The notes beneath the pieces are model-generated. The model did no database searches, was not told the DNA's origin, and saw only the letters and a list, made by a program, of their open reading frames with translations. Shown piece after piece: positions 62,913-64,000 of a stretch of DNA of 64,000 nucleotides. Positions within the stretch are counted from its first letter, which is position 1, and every line of letters begins with the position of its first letter. This DNA is from a virus (Duplodnaviria > Caudoviricetes): positions 1-64,000 of IMG/VR virus record IMGVR_UViG_3300033076_001357. One strand, 5' to 3'. The translations under genes and the position numbers were made by a program.

Positions 62913-63275
62913 CTACAGCCCCAGGTCGGTGACGATCAGAGAAGCCGAGTTCATGGCGCTGGAGCCGTTCAGCGCGTACGCTATGAACTCGATGACGTGT
63001 GGACCGGCGGACAGCGGGGTGTTGAAGGAGAAGTGCGTACCCGCCGAGTCCTCGTACACCGCTATCCCGTCCACTGTCACGCTGACCTGAACGGCTCCGT
63101 TGTTGACGGCCTGAGACCCGCCGACGAACTGGACCAGGTGGCCCGATCCCGACACCGTGGCGCTGGCCCCCTGCAGCAGTGACGTAGAGCTGTTGGCCGG
63201 TAGCGGTACGTCGGACGCGGTGTCGACCAGCAGCGTTAGCGGGCTGGCCGGTCCGGTAGCGGTGGTGGCGGTCAC
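62913..63275 (-). CDS. Probable virion structural protein
   Basis: Ser/Thr-rich beta protein. Confidence 0.55.
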   Translation of the reverse strand: MTATTATGPASPLTLLVDTASDVPLPANSSTSLLQGASATVSGSGHLVQFVGGSQAVNNGAVQVSVTVDGIAVYEDSAGTHFSFNTPLSAGPHVIEFIAYALNGSSAMNSASLIVTDLGL

Positions 63276-63293
63276 GAGCTGAGTACCTCCGGG

Positions 63294-64000
63294 TCAGGGC
63301 AGGGCGAACTTGGGGGCCAGGATGACCGCGCTGTTGGCAGCGTCCTGAAGGCTGGCACAGACCCGAGTCATGCAGACCCAGGCTATCAGAATGCCGTCGG
63401 TAAAGTCGGGACTCTGTACGAAAGTGGTGGAGTGACCCACTGTGGCCACGGCCGCGCTGAGTGAACTGTACACCGTCTGGCCATACTGGACGCCCACCTG
63501 GGTACCGGCCGTCCTGGTGCCGAACAGATAAACCCGCTGAATGGTGGAGCTGTTGGTTCCGCCGCCCACCGAGGTCAGCACCCCGCCCACGTCGTACACG
63601 GTGGGGTTGAGCTGAGTAGCTGGAGTCTCGGAGTTCGGCAGCTGGGTGCCGTAATAGAACGACACCGGGGTTTCCGCCACTGAGGTGATGACGTTGGGGT
63701 TGTACACGTCTACACCGTAGTTGTACCCCGCACTGAACAGCTGGCCCGCGCTCAGATTGAACCTGAGGTTGGCGCCGTTGGCGGTGACCTTGGCACCAGC
63801 GGCCACGAAGGGATTCAGACTGTTCATCAGGTCTACGTCCTGATTGGCGTTCTGGGGTATGTAGCTCGGTGCCGAGTCCACCGAGATGATGGATCCTCCA
63901 ATGTACACCGTGACGCCCAGCTGAATGGAAGACCGCCGCTGAGAAGCGGTGGGCTTGGCGGCCAGCGAGGTCACGTTGCCAGCGGCGTCCGACACCCACC
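63294..64000 (-). CDS. C-terminal part of a virion/tail-fibre-like protein (starts beyond the window)
   Basis: Open frame runs to the window edge; TIQRVYLF, QYGQTVYSS. Confidence 0.55.
   Translation of the reverse strand, partial: WVSDAAGNVTSLAAKPTASQRRSSIQLGVTVYIGGSIISVDSAPSYIPQNANQDVDLMNSLNPFVAAGAKVTANGANLRFNLSAGQLFSAGYNYGVDVYNPNVITSVAETPVSFYYGTQLPNSETPATQLNPTVYDVGGVLTSVGGGTNSSTIQRVYLFGTRTAGTQVGVQYGQTVYSSLSAAVATVGHSTTFVQSPDFTDGILIAWVCMTRVCASLQDAANSAVILAPKFALP

Noticed and set aside
1-64000. Integrase, datZ (HD domain), guanylate kinase or phage RNA polymerase
   Set aside because: No matching motifs seen in this window; they may lie outside it, so absence from the genome is not established

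Overview
This is a GC-rich actinobacterial siphovirus-type phage genome segment, and essentially all real genes lie on the minus strand. The host is probably in the Streptomyces group (inference from composition and gene families). Reading from the right end of the window, it carries: structural genes upstream of the terminase large subunit; TerL; a portal with a ParB-like tail; a multidomain prohead protease/scaffold; major capsid; head-tail joining genes; tail tube; chaperones; tape measure with a lytic transglycosylase domain; minor tail proteins; and a lysis cassette with a GH25 endolysin. Next come HNH and PD-(D/E)XK nucleases, an array of one canonical and four non-canonical tRNA-like genes, an AAA ATPase, an SSB, XRE regulators, a prim-pol/helicase with an adjacent iteron-rich probable origin, a DinG-like helicase, a HAD phosphatase, a family A polymerase and a RuvC-like resolvase. 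Then there is a nucleotide-modification cluster, and finally a 6.7 kb array of small genes, most with their own copy of a repeated promoter. The main finding is an apparently self-contained 2-aminoadenine (Z) pathway: PurZ0-type synthetase, MazG-like pyrophosphatase, a phage-encoded adenylosuccinate lyase (PurB) and a DNPH1-like N-glycosidase/dUTPase fusion, with no DatZ in the window. The second is a co-transcribed array of tRNA mimics with intact acceptor/T arms but rebuilt anticodon domains. All family assignments come from motif recognition by eye; no searches were run.
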